Assembly: GCA_965228875.1 (NCBI GenBank) | Contig: OZ245843.1 | Span: 4,136,616-4,200,615 of the forward strand | Reading direction: 5' to 3' | DNA length: 64,000 bases | Source of the DNA: Thalassobaculaceae bacterium | Lineage (GTDB): Bacteria > Pseudomonadota > Alphaproteobacteria > Thalassobaculales > Thalassobaculaceae | Shown: piece by piece, positions 1-14,207 of the stretch | Layout: the number at the start of each line of letters is the position of its first letter | Position numbering within the stretch: position 1 is the first letter of the stretch | The notes under the pieces: generated by a model | What the model was told of the DNA's origin: nothing | The model's database searches: none | What the model saw: the letters and a program-made list of their open reading frames with translations, nothing else | Program-made: the position numbers and the translations under genes

Positions 1-187
1 CGATTGCTCCGTGAGGTGGGGGTCGGTGTCGGGGTGAAAAGGGTCCGCATCGGACCAAATCCGGTAATTTGCGCTTTCTGCAAACATCGCGAGCGTGTAT
101 AGAGACCGCCCGCCGGCATTTCGGTGGGAATAGGGAGCCGGAACAGCGTTCGTCCGCGCCCGGCTCCGATACTAAGGAGACGACGCC

Positions 188-1627
188 ATGACCACCGACC
201 GGATGCTGAAGTTCGTCGGAACCGAAAAGCGGATGCCGTCCAAGCGTGCCGCCGACGAGCGCCGGACCGATTTCGGCGAAATCTACGACGAGTTCGACCC
301 GGCCGGGGCGGCCGAGCAGGCCAGCCGCTGCTCCCAGTGCGGCGTGCCGTTCTGTCAGGTGCACTGTCCCTTGCACAACAACATCCCGGACTGGCTGATG
401 CTGACGGCCGAGGGGCGCCTGGAGGAGGCTTACGAGATCTCCTCGGCGACCAACAACTTCCCGGAGATCTGCGGCCGGATCTGCCCCCAGGACCGGCTTT
501 GCGAAGGCAATTGCGTCATCGAGAAGGGTTTCCAGTCGGTCACCATCGGCTCGGTGGAGAAGTACATCACGGAGACCGCGTTCGAGAACGGTTGGGTGAA
601 GCCGACCGCGCCGACGGTCGAGCGCGATCAGTCGATCGGCGTCATCGGCGGCGGCCCCGGCGGCCTGGCGGCAGCGGAGCAGCTGCGCAAGCGCGGCTAT
701 CAGGTGCATGTCTACGACCGCTACGACCGCATGGGCGGCCTCCTCATCTACGGAATTCCCAACTTCAAGCTGGAGAAGGACGTCGTCGAGCGCCGCACCG
801 CGTTACTGGCCGACGGCGGCGTGACCTATCACGCGAACATCGAGGTCGGCCGGGACGTGTCGCTGGACGAACTGCGCGAGCGTCACGACGCGGTGCTGAT
901 CGCCACCGGCGTCTACAAGGCGCGCGACATGCAGTGTCCGGGTGTCGGACTGGACGGCATCTATCCGGCGCTGGACTATCTCACCGCCTCCAACCGCAAG
1001 GGGCTCGGCGACGCGGTGCCGGAGTTCGATGACGGCACGCTCGACGCCAAGGGCAAGCGGGTCGTGGTGATCGGCGGCGGCGACACCGCCATGGACTGCG
1101 TGCGCACCGCCGTCCGTCAGGGCGCGGCGCAGGTGACCTGCGTCTATCGCCGCGACAAGGCGAACATGCCCGGCTCCCAGCGCGAGGTGGCCAACGCCGA
1201 GGAGGAGGGGGTGACGTTCGAGTGGCTGGCCGCGCCGGAAGCCTTCGTCGGCGACGACGCGGTCGACGGGGTTCGCTGCCAGCGCATCCATCTCGGCGTG
1301 CCCGACGCCACCGGCCGGCAGACGCCGCAGCCGATCGATGGCTCCGCCTTCACCATCGACTGCGACATGGCGATCAAGGCGCTGGGCTTCGACCCCGAGG
1401 ACCTGCCGACGCTGTTCGGCGCGGAGGACCTCAAGGTTTCGCGCTGGGGGACGGTGAGCATCGACTTCAAGACGATGATGACGGCCCTGGACGGCGTGTT
1501 CGCCGCTGGCGACATCGTGCGCGGCGCCTCGCTCGTCGTCTGGGCGGTGCGCGACGGCCGCGACGCCGCCGACCGCATCCACGCCTATCTGTCGGCCAAG
1601 GCCGACGCGGCGCGGACCGCGGCCTGA
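188..1627 (+). CDS. gltD: Glutamate synthase (NADPH) small subunit
   Basis: CSQCGVPFC...CP and CGRICPQDRLCEGNC Fe-S motifs, GGGPGG and GGGDTAMDC dinucleotide-binding motifs; AAGGAG RBS; directly upstream of gltB. Confidence 0.97.
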   Translation: MTTDRMLKFVGTEKRMPSKRAADERRTDFGEIYDEFDPAGAAEQASRCSQCGVPFCQVHCPLHNNIPDWLMLTAEGRLEEAYEISSATNNFPEICGRICPQDRLCEGNCVIEKGFQSVTIGSVEKYITETAFENGWVKPTAPTVERDQSIGVIGGGPGGLAAAEQLRKRGYQVHVYDRYDRMGGLLIYGIPNFKLEKDVVERRTALLADGGVTYHANIEVGRDVSLDELRERHDAVLIATGVYKARDMQCPGVGLDGIYPALDYLTASNRKGLGDAVPEFDDGTLDAKGKRVVVIGGGDTAMDCVRTAVRQGAAQVTCVYRRDKANMPGSQREVANAEEEGVTFEWLAAPEAFVGDDAVDGVRCQRIHLGVPDATGRQTPQPIDGSAFTIDCDMAIKALGFDPEDLPTLFGAEDLKVSRWGTVSIDFKTMMTALDGVFAAGDIVRGASLVVWAVRDGRDAADRIHAYLSAKADAARTAA

Positions 1628-1668
1628 TCCCTTCTCCTGACCCCGTTTCTGACCCGAGGAGGCCAGAC

Positions 1669-6213
<4,545 letters not shown>

Positions 6214-6377
6214 GCGCGTCTTCCGTCGTCCCCAAACATCCGTGCTTCCGGCGGTTCCTCGGACCTGATCCGGGGGCGGCCGGGATGACGGCGAAGGGGC
6301 GGCTGGAGCGGCCACGGCTTGCCTCCCCGCCGCGCCGCCCGCTACACCTGCACGACCGATCGAGCAGGAGGGAAGAG

Positions 6378-7409
6378 ATGCGGGTCGTTCTGGCCGATGA
6401 CTACAGCGTGCATGCGCCAAGCGGCTTCATCACCCGCGGCAACAGGACGGCGAACCCGGAGGTGCCGGAGCGCGCGGCGATCCTGCGCCGGGCGGTGGAG
6501 GCCGGCTCGCACTCGGTGATCGCGCCGACGGATTTCGGCCTGGCGCCGATAGAGGCGGTCCACGCCGGCGACTATCTCGACTTCCTGCGGACCGCCTGGG
6601 ACAGATGGTCGGCCCTGCCCGACCACGCGCCGGAGATCCTGCCGAACGTGCATCCCGGCCGGAACATGGACATCCACCCGAGCCACATCGTCGGACTGGC
6701 CGGCCACTACCAGGCCGACACCGCCTGTCCGATCGGGCCCGGCACCTGGAAGGGCGCCTTGGCCTCCGCCCAGGTGGCGCTTACGGCGGCGGACGCGATG
6801 TGGCGCGACGGGGCGCCGACCTACGCGCTGTGCCGGCCGCCGGGGCATCATGCCTATGGCGATCAGGCGGGCGGGTTCTGCTTCCTGAACAACTCGGCCA
6901 TCGCCGCGCAGTACCTGCGCGACCAGGGGGCGGGGAAGGTGGCGATCCTCGATGTCGACGTGCATCACGGCAACGGAACCCAGGGCATCTTCTACCGCCG
7001 GGCGGACGTGCTGACGGTGTCGATCCACGGCGACCCCCACGACTACTACCCGTTCTTCACCGGCTATGCCGACGAGATCGGGGCCGGTCCGGGCCGCGGC
7101 GCCAACCTGAACCTGCCGCTGCCGCGCGGTACCGGCGATCGGACGTATCTGGACACCCTGGAGACGGCCTTCGCGGCGATCGACGCCTTTGGCGCCGACG
7201 CCCTGGTGATCGCGCTCGGCCTCGACGCCTCGGAGAAGGATCCGCTGGCCTTCCTCGGCGTCACCACGGACGGTTTCCGGGCGATCGGCGAGCGGCTCGG
7301 CCGCGACGGGCGGCCGACCGTGATCGTCCAGGAGGGGGGATACATCTCCGATATCCTCGGCGACAATCTGGCGGCCGTGCTGTCGGGGTTCGACGCCGCG
7401 CGCGGATAG
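6378..7409 (+). CDS. Histone deacetylase family protein (acetylpolyamine amidohydrolase-like)
   Basis: CRPPGHHA, GGFCFLNN, DVDVHHGNGTQ, VQEGGY motifs; ATG at 6378 after GGAGGG. Confidence 0.9.
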   Translation: MRVVLADDYSVHAPSGFITRGNRTANPEVPERAAILRRAVEAGSHSVIAPTDFGLAPIEAVHAGDYLDFLRTAWDRWSALPDHAPEILPNVHPGRNMDIHPSHIVGLAGHYQADTACPIGPGTWKGALASAQVALTAADAMWRDGAPTYALCRPPGHHAYGDQAGGFCFLNNSAIAAQYLRDQGAGKVAILDVDVHHGNGTQGIFYRRADVLTVSIHGDPHDYYPFFTGYADEIGAGPGRGANLNLPLPRGTGDRTYLDTLETAFAAIDAFGADALVIALGLDASEKDPLAFLGVTTDGFRAIGERLGRDGRPTVIVQEGGYISDILGDNLAAVLSGFDAARG

Positions 7410-7460
7410 CGCGGTCTGTTCGGATCGATGCGATCAGAACCGTGAACCGCTCTCTACGCG

Positions 7461-8162
7461 TCAGGAGATCGGCGCCGGCTGGATCTCGCGCAGCAGCTTG
7501 CGGCGGATCTGGCCGATGTAGTCCTGGTAGTCGTCGGCCCGGATCATGAAGGCGCCGAAGCCGCCGATTAGACTCTGCTCGAAATAGTCGCCGAGACCGA
7601 GCACCTGATTCTCGATGGCCAGGGCATTGATGGTGATGCCCCGCTCTAGCACGAGTTCCCGGGCGACGGAAAGGGCGGTGCCCTGGTTGTTGTAGCCGTC
7701 GCCGGACAGGTCGATCACGCGGCGCGTGCCGTCGTAGCCGTTGGTCTCGAACAGGTCGGCGGCGAACAGGATCGAGGAGGACAGCGACGTCGCACCGGTG
7801 ACGACCAGCCTCGGCGCCCGGCGGATCTCCTCGGCGAACGCGCGGGCGTCCGCCTCGGAACGGATCGGCGTCCAGGGGATCGACACTTCCTGGCGTGCCA
7901 GGCTCGACCATTCGATCAGGGTGACGGCGATCGCTCCGAGCGGTCCGGCGGCAATGGCACCGGCCAGTTCTGGGTCCTCGAACGCAAGCACAAGGCCCTG
8001 AAGCTGCAGGTTGAATTCCGTGTAGTCGACGCTCGCCGAACTGTCGACCGCCAGGACCAGCTCCAGGTCCACCGGCTCCGACGCAAGGGCGGGCGCCTCC
8101 GCACGCAGCAGGGCGGTCACCAGGAAGGTCACGGCCAGCAGAATTGAGGGGGCTCCGCGCAT
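7461..8162 (-). CDS. DUF1194 (vWA-like) exported protein
   Basis: Signal peptide, VDLELVLAVDSSASVD (DxSxS), RRVIDLSGDG.NNQG, INALAI, IGG.GAF, IRRKL.REI. Confidence 0.85.
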   Translation of the reverse strand: MRGAPSILLAVTFLVTALLRAEAPALASEPVDLELVLAVDSSASVDYTEFNLQLQGLVLAFEDPELAGAIAAGPLGAIAVTLIEWSSLARQEVSIPWTPIRSEADARAFAEEIRRAPRLVVTGATSLSSSILFAADLFETNGYDGTRRVIDLSGDGYNNQGTALSVARELVLERGITINALAIENQVLGLGDYFEQSLIGGFGAFMIRADDYQDYIGQIRRKLLREIQPAPIS

Positions 8163-8168
8163 CGGCGG

Positions 8169-9008
8169 CTATCTCCAGCCGGTGTCGGTTCCGGTGTCGG
8201 CGCCGGTGTCGAGGGCGGCCATCTCGGCGAAGTGCATCGACCCGCGGCTTCCCGCGCCGCGGCTGCCGGTATCGCGCGGCGCGCTGATGTTCAGGGTGCG
8301 GATCTCGCGGATCAGCTTGCGCCGGATGGCACGGGGATAGTCGCCGTAGTCGGTGGCGATCTCGACGAAGGCGGCCGTGCCGCCGATCACCCGGTCCTCG
8401 AAGTAGTAGTTCAGCGTCGGATGTTCGTTGACGATGGCGAGACCGTTGATCGTGACGCCGCCGGCGACCACGGTGCGACGGACCGTATCGACCGGCGGTC
8501 CCTGGTTGTTGCGACCATCGCCCGACAGGTCGACGACGAGCCGGCTGGCCTCGAAGGGAGCCGTCAGCAGCATGGTGTTGGCGAAGGTCAGCGCCCCGGC
8601 GATCGAGGTGGCGCCCGTCAGGATCTGGCGTTCGATCGCGTCGATGCGATCGGCCAGCGCCAGGGCACCGCTCTCGCCCTCGACGAGAGTCCACGGGATG
8701 TCGATCGCCTGCTCGGCGTGTCCGGCCCACTCGACGACCGCCACGGCAATGCGTCTGAACGGTCCCGACCGGATCGCCTCGATCACTTCGGCGTCGCGGA
8801 ACGCCATGGCGAGGCCACCGCGCTGCACCGCGTACTCGGACTCGTCTACACTGGCGGAACTGTCCACCGCCAGCACCAGGGCAAGATCTACCGGAATCTG
8901 GGCCCGGGCCGGTGCGGCGGCGATCAGGCCGAAGGCCAGGAGCGCCGCCGCGTGGGTGAGGATCCGGGCCGTTCCGGCGGACCGGAGAAGAGGGAATGGC
9001 GGGCTCAT
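8169..9008 (-). CDS. DUF1194 (vWA-like) exported protein, tandem paralogue
   Basis: Signal peptide ending APARA, LVLAVDSSASVD, VDLSGDGRNNQG, IRRKLIREI; start uncertain (ATG at 9008 chosen). Confidence 0.85.
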   Translation of the reverse strand: MSPPFPLLRSAGTARILTHAAALLAFGLIAAAPARAQIPVDLALVLAVDSSASVDESEYAVQRGGLAMAFRDAEVIEAIRSGPFRRIAVAVVEWAGHAEQAIDIPWTLVEGESGALALADRIDAIERQILTGATSIAGALTFANTMLLTAPFEASRLVVDLSGDGRNNQGPPVDTVRRTVVAGGVTINGLAIVNEHPTLNYYFEDRVIGGTAAFVEIATDYGDYPRAIRRKLIREIRTLNISAPRDTGSRGAGSRGSMHFAEMAALDTGADTGTDTGWR

Positions 9009-9068
9009 GCCCAAGAGAGTTGCATCCGATTGTGGCCGAATCCAGTGCCGCCGGGTCCGCCGCGCCTC

Positions 9069-9117
9069 TTGACCGCTCACAAACTCGTGGCACAATTCAT
9101 TGGTATACGAACGAGTT
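9069..9117 (+). promoter_or_regulatory. Putative sigma70 promoter with GntR/FadR-like operator upstream of the molybdenum hydroxylase operon
   Basis: TTGACC(9069)-N16-CACAAT(9091); near-palindrome TTGGTATACGAA at 9100-9111; inverted repeat AACTCGT(9082)/ACGAGTT(9111). Confidence 0.45.
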
Positions 9118-9141
9118 GCCCTGCCATCGACGGGAGTCGCC

Positions 9142-9981
9142 GTGAGTCGCTATCTCCGTCCGCGTCATCTTGACGAGGCCCTGGGACATCTGGCCGGCGG
9201 GCCGTGGACGGTGCTCGCCGGCGGCACCGATCATTATCCCGCCCGCGTCACCCATGACCGCGACGAGGATATCCTCGACGTCAGCGCGATCGGGGAGTTG
9301 AGCGGCATCGATCGGACGGCGGAGGGCCTGCGGATCGGCGCCGCGACCCCATGGCGCGCGGTGATCGACGCCGACCTGCCGCCGGCCTGTGACGGTCTCA
9401 AGGCCGCCGCGCGGGAGGTCGGCGGTGCGCAGATCCAGAACCGGGGGACGGTCGGCGGCAACCTGTGCAACGCGTCGCCGGCGGCCGACGGGGTGCCGGC
9501 GCTGCTGTCGCTGGACGCCGCGGTCGAACTGGCGGGGCCGGGCGGTCGGCGCCGGCTGGCGCTGCAGGACTTCGTGCTCGGCAACCGCCACACCGCGCTG
9601 GCGGCGGACGAACTGCTGGTGGCGGTGCACGTGCCCGAGGCGGCGCTGGACGGGATCGGCCGGTTCCTAAAGCTCGGGGCGCGACGCTATCTGGTGATCT
9701 CCATCGTGATGGTCGCCGGCACCATGCGCCTGGCGGCGGACGGGACCATCGCCGCCGCGCGGCTGTCGGTCGGCGCCTGCACGGCGGCGGCCATCCGGCT
9801 CGGTGCCCTGGAGGCGGCGATCGCCGGTCTCAGACCGGCCCAGGCGCCGGATATCCTGCGGGACGACCATCTCCGCGACCTGGCGCCGATCGACGACGTG
9901 CGCGCAGACGCGGCCTACCGCCACGACACGGCGCGGACGCTGGTGCGCCGCTGCCTTGCGGACCTCGCGGAGGCGGCATGA
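9142..9981 (+). CDS. Xanthine dehydrogenase-family FAD-binding subunit (nicotinate dehydrogenase NdhF-like)
   Basis: LAGGTD, VGGAQIQNRGTVGGNLCNASPAAD, PIDDVRA..AYR; GTG at 9142 after GGGAG. Confidence 0.9.
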   Translation: MSRYLRPRHLDEALGHLAGGPWTVLAGGTDHYPARVTHDRDEDILDVSAIGELSGIDRTAEGLRIGAATPWRAVIDADLPPACDGLKAAAREVGGAQIQNRGTVGGNLCNASPAADGVPALLSLDAAVELAGPGGRRRLALQDFVLGNRHTALAADELLVAVHVPEAALDGIGRFLKLGARRYLVISIVMVAGTMRLAADGTIAAARLSVGACTAAAIRLGALEAAIAGLRPAQAPDILRDDHLRDLAPIDDVRADAAYRHDTARTLVRRCLADLAEAA

Positions 9982-12734
9982 CCGGCGTTCACACCCTGCG
10001 GGTCAACGGGACCGAGCGCGCGGTCACGGCCCCGCCGCACCGCCGGCTGTCGCGGGTCCTGCGCGAGGAACTCGGCCTGACCGGAACCAAGGTCGGCTGC
10101 GACGCCGGCGACTGCGGCGCCTGCACGGTGCTGATCGACGGCGCCCAGGCCTGTGCCTGCCTGATCCCCGTCGCCCAGGCCGATGGCAGCGACGTGCTCA
10201 CGGTCGAGGGGCTGGCCGAGGCGGGCGGCGCCCCTTCCGCCCTGCAACGCGCCTTCGCCCGGCACGGGGCGGCCCAGTGCGGCATCTGCACACCGGGCAT
10301 GCTGATGGCCGCCCATGACCTGCTGCGCCGCGACCCGACGCCGAGCCGGATGGCGGTGGAGGACGCGCTGGGCGGCGTGCTGTGCCGCTGTACCGGCTAC
10401 CTGAAGATCGTCGAGGCGGTGCTCGACGCCGCCTCCAACGCTCCGGAATCCGTCCCGTCACCATCGGGAGAGGCGGTCGGCGCCCGCGTCGCACGGCTCG
10501 ACGGCACGGCCAAGCTCGACGGGACGGCGCGCTACGCCGACGACGAGGTCCCGGCCGGTGCGCTCTGGCTCCGGGTGGTGCGTTCGCCCCATCCGCTCGC
10601 CGATTTCGCCTTGGGAGACATCGAGGCGTGGTCGGCCGCGACCCCCGGCGTCGTCGCCGTCCTGACCGCCCGCGACGTGCCCGGACACAACAGTTTCGGG
10701 ATCTATCCGACCCTCAAGGATCAACCGGTCTTCGCCGAGTCCTTCGTGCGCTACCGCGGCGAGGCGGTGGCGGCGGTCGTCGTCGAGGATCGCGCGGCTT
10801 TCGAGGCTCTGGACCTCTCGGGATTTCCAGTGGACTGGCGGGTGCGCGACGCGGTCGTCGGCGTCGAGGCGGCCCTGGCGGCCGGGGCGACGCAGCTTCA
10901 CGATGCCTCGCCGGGCAACGTTCTGATCCGCGGCCGGGTGGCGTCCGGCGACGTCGAGGCGGCGATGGCGCAGGCCGAGGTGGTCGTCGACGCCGCGATG
11001 GAGACCGGCTTCGTCGAACACGCCTATATCGAGCCGGAAGCCGGCTGGGCGCGACGGATCGGCGACCGGGTGGAGCTGTGGGTGACCACCCAGACGCCGT
11101 ACATGGACCGCGACGAGGTCGCCCACGTTCTGGGCATCGCGCAGGAGGCGGTGCGGGTGACGCCCTCGGCCGTGGGCGGCGGGTTCGGCGGCAAGCTCGA
11201 TCAGTCGGTCCAGCTTCCGCTGTCGGTGGCCGCCTGGCGGCTCGGCCGGCCGGTCGCGACCCTGTACCATCGCCCGGAGAGTCTCGCGTCCTCGACCAAG
11301 CGGCACCCGGCGCGGATGACCGCCAGCCTCGGCGCGATGCGGGACGGCCGCATCGTCGGATTCCGCTTCCATGGCGACTTCGACACCGGCGCCTATGCCT
11401 CCTGGGGGCCGACCGTGGCCGGCCGCGTGCCGGTCCACGCGCCGGGCCCGTACCGGGTCGGCGCGGTGCTGGCGACCAGTGCCGCGGTCTATACCGACGG
11501 GCCGCCGTCCGGCGCCTTCCGCGGCTTCGGCGTGCCGCAGGCGGCGATCATCGGCGAGCGGCTGATGGACGAGGCGGCGGCGGGCATCGGCATGGACCCG
11601 CTGGAGTTCCGCCTGCGCAACGCGCTCAGGGCCGGCGATCCGACGGCGACCGGTCAGGCGATCGAGGCATCGGTCGGGCTGGCCGCCTGCCTGGAGGCGC
11701 TGCGGCCGGCCTGGGAGCGCTACGGCGCGCGGGTCGCCGCCCACAATCCCGCCGGCGGCCGTACCCGCCTCGGCGCCGGCATCGCCTGCATGTGGTACGG
11801 CTGCGGCAACACCTCCATGTCCAACCCGTCGACCATGCGCCTGGCGTTGAAGCCGGACGGACGGCTGACCCTGTTCAACGGCGCCGTCGATATCGGCCAG
11901 GGCAGCTATACCATCATGGCGCAGATCGCCGCCGACGCGCTGGGGGCGCCGCTGGACCGGATCGACCAGGTCTGGGGCGACACCGACCTGACGCCGGACG
12001 CCGGCAAGACCTCGGCCTCGCGCCAGACATTCGTGTCGGGAAAGGCGTCGGAACTGGCCGGGCGCGATCTCCGGGCGCAGATCCTGCGGCTCGCCAATGC
12101 CGGGGAGGATGCGGACCTGACATTCGGCGACGGGACCGTGACGGTGCGCGATGCCGCCGGGTCACGCGCCCTCGATCTGGCGTCTATGGCGCCGGACGGA
12201 GACGGCCATCTGCTCGTCGGCGAGGGCACGTTCGACCCGCCGACCGCCCCCCTGGACGCCGACGGCCAGGGGATTCCCTATGCCACCTACGCCTTCGCCG
12301 CGCAGATCGCGCTGGTCGAGGTCGATCCGGAGCTTGGCACCACCAGCGTGCTGCACATGACCGCCGCCCACGATGTCGGCCGGGCGGTCAACCCGACCCT
12401 GGTGGAAGGGCAGATCCATGGCGGGATCGCCCAGGGGCTCGGCCTGGCGCTGATGGAGGAGTACGTGCCCGGCCGGACCGAGAACCTGCACGACTACCTG
12501 ATCCCCACGGTCGGCGACATGCCCGAGATCGACTGCATCCTGATCGAGGATCCCGAGCCGCTCGGCCCGTTCGGGGCCAAGGGCATCGGCGAACCGGCCC
12601 TGGTGCCGACGGCGCCGGCGATCCTGGCCGGGATCCGCCAGGCGGTCGGCGTGTGCCCCGACCGGGTGCCGGTCCTGCCGCACCGGCTGCGGGCGGCGAT
12701 CCGGGCGGCGGGGGAGAGGGAGGCCGCGGAATGA
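9978..12734 (+). CDS. Molybdopterin oxidoreductase with fused N-terminal 2x[2Fe-2S] domain (nicotinate dehydrogenase-like)
   Basis: GTKVGCDAGDCGACTV, QCGICTPG, LCRCTGY; VGGGFGGK, AFRGFGVPQ, GAKGIGEP; ATGA overlap with upstream gene. Confidence 0.9.
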   Translation: MTGVHTLRVNGTERAVTAPPHRRLSRVLREELGLTGTKVGCDAGDCGACTVLIDGAQACACLIPVAQADGSDVLTVEGLAEAGGAPSALQRAFARHGAAQCGICTPGMLMAAHDLLRRDPTPSRMAVEDALGGVLCRCTGYLKIVEAVLDAASNAPESVPSPSGEAVGARVARLDGTAKLDGTARYADDEVPAGALWLRVVRSPHPLADFALGDIEAWSAATPGVVAVLTARDVPGHNSFGIYPTLKDQPVFAESFVRYRGEAVAAVVVEDRAAFEALDLSGFPVDWRVRDAVVGVEAALAAGATQLHDASPGNVLIRGRVASGDVEAAMAQAEVVVDAAMETGFVEHAYIEPEAGWARRIGDRVELWVTTQTPYMDRDEVAHVLGIAQEAVRVTPSAVGGGFGGKLDQSVQLPLSVAAWRLGRPVATLYHRPESLASSTKRHPARMTASLGAMRDGRIVGFRFHGDFDTGAYASWGPTVAGRVPVHAPGPYRVGAVLATSAAVYTDGPPSGAFRGFGVPQAAIIGERLMDEAAAGIGMDPLEFRLRNALRAGDPTATGQAIEASVGLAACLEALRPAWERYGARVAAHNPAGGRTRLGAGIACMWYGCGNTSMSNPSTMRLALKPDGRLTLFNGAVDIGQGSYTIMAQIAADALGAPLDRIDQVWGDTDLTPDAGKTSASRQTFVSGKASELAGRDLRAQILRLANAGEDADLTFGDGTVTVRDAAGSRALDLASMAPDGDGHLLVGEGTFDPPTAPLDADGQGIPYATYAFAAQIALVEVDPELGTTSVLHMTAAHDVGRAVNPTLVEGQIHGGIAQGLGLALMEEYVPGRTENLHDYLIPTVGDMPEIDCILIEDPEPLGPFGAKGIGEPALVPTAPAILAGIRQAVGVCPDRVPVLPHRLRAAIRAAGEREAAE

Positions 12735-14200
12735 CCGACGCTCCGCTTCCCGACGGGATCGTGCGCTGCGACGCGTGCCCGGTCCTGTGCCGGATCCGCA
12801 CCGGCAAGTCGGGCGCCTGCGACCGCTACGCCAATGTGGAGGGTGAACTGGTCCGTCTCGACCCGCTGGTCGTCACCGAGCGGGTGGCGGAGCGCGACGG
12901 CAAGGTCGTGCCGTTCCTGGAGAACGCGTCGGACTGGGACGGCAGGGTCGTGGCCGAACCGCCGGTGTTCCTGACCGGGATCGGAGCGGGCACCACCTAT
13001 CCGGACTACAAGCCGGCGCCGTTCATCGTCGGCACCGAATGGGAGGGGGTGGATACGGTCACCGTGGTGACCGAAGGCATTTTCAGCTACTGCGGCGTCA
13101 AGGTGAAGATCGACACCGACCGCCATCTCGGCCCGGAACAGGCGGCGGTGCGGGTCGGCGGCGAGCCTATCGGCCATGTGACCACCGCCGAGTACGGCAG
13201 CCAGATGCTGTCGCTGGGCGGCGTGCGCCACCTGACCGGCGGCAGCAAGAAGGAGGGCACCGTCACCTGCGACGCGATGCTCACGCTCTGCAACGGCGAG
13301 GCCGTCGAGATGGAGATCGACGAGGGCAGCCGGATCACCGTGCAGGCCGGCCGCCCGCCGGTGGTGGACGGTGAGCGCGAGGAGCGGATGCGCGTCGGCT
13401 GCGGGTCGGCGACCATCGGCATCTTCGCCCGTCAGTGGCTCGGCCACGCCGACGAGGTGATCGTCGTCGACGACCACATCACCGGCGTGCTGAGCGAGCA
13501 CCAGGCCGGCAAGTTCCTCGATATGAGGCCGGGCGGAATCCGGGTCCGCGGACGGAAGTCGACGCCGGGACGCTATTTCCAGGTGGCGGAACCCGGTGCC
13601 GGCTGGGGCGGCACCGACGTGACCGATCCGCTGGACATCATCGAGAAGGTCGACCCCCGAACGGCCTGGCCCGGAGAACGGGTGCTGATGGTGTCCACCA
13701 CCGGCGAGGACAGCGCCTATTTCGAGCTCGACGGCGACCTGAAATTCGTTCCGATGCCGATGCCGAAGCCGCTCGCGGTCGTGGTCGACCGGATCGGCGA
13801 GAACTGCGAGCCGGCGCTGTGCACCGTCCTGTTCATGGGCGGGGCCGGCGGCAGCCTTCGGGCCGGCGTCACCGAGAATCCGGTGCGCCTGACCCGGTCG
13901 GTCCAGTCGATGATCACCCGGGTCACCTGCGGCGGGGCACCGGTCTACGTCTGGCCGGGCGGGGGCATCACCCTGATGGTCGACGTCACCCGTCTGCCGA
14001 AGGGGGCGTTCGGCTCCGTGCCCACACCGGCGCTGGTGGCGCCGATCGAATTCACCCTGCCGCGCTGGGCGTTCGAGGAACTGGGCGGCTACATGGACGC
14101 GGTCCAGCCGCTGGCCGAGGTTCTGGATGCCAGACCCGACCTCAGGCGCGAGCGTCAGGCGCCGGACAATCCCTGGCCCTACCTGCCTCAGGTCGGATGA
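12731..14200 (+). CDS. 6-hydroxynicotinate reductase-like Fe-S protein
   Basis: CDACPVLC...GACDRY, GAGTTYPDYKPAPFIV, MRVGCGSATIGIFA, GAGGSLRAGVTENPV; position after the XDH-family genes; ATGA overlap. Confidence 0.8.
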   Translation: MTDAPLPDGIVRCDACPVLCRIRTGKSGACDRYANVEGELVRLDPLVVTERVAERDGKVVPFLENASDWDGRVVAEPPVFLTGIGAGTTYPDYKPAPFIVGTEWEGVDTVTVVTEGIFSYCGVKVKIDTDRHLGPEQAAVRVGGEPIGHVTTAEYGSQMLSLGGVRHLTGGSKKEGTVTCDAMLTLCNGEAVEMEIDEGSRITVQAGRPPVVDGEREERMRVGCGSATIGIFARQWLGHADEVIVVDDHITGVLSEHQAGKFLDMRPGGIRVRGRKSTPGRYFQVAEPGAGWGGTDVTDPLDIIEKVDPRTAWPGERVLMVSTTGEDSAYFELDGDLKFVPMPMPKPLAVVVDRIGENCEPALCTVLFMGGAGGSLRAGVTENPVRLTRSVQSMITRVTCGGAPVYVWPGGGITLMVDVTRLPKGAFGSVPTPALVAPIEFTLPRWAFEELGGYMDAVQPLAEVLDARPDLRRERQAPDNPWPYLPQVG

Positions 14201-14207
14201 AACGGCC

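Noticed and set aside
6240..6292. REP-like remnant (CCTCGGACCTGATCCGGGGG...CCGGGATGACGG) after gltB
   Set aside because: It is degenerate with only a loose resemblance to the hairpin at 27562, too weak to call a repeat family; it may simply be a terminator.
9465..14200. Apparent giant ORFs 9465-12734 and 10382-14200 suggesting fusions or frameshifts
   Set aside because: The real starts are at ATGA overlaps (9978 and 12731); the upstream extensions are Arg/Gly-rich off-frame readings of the preceding genes.
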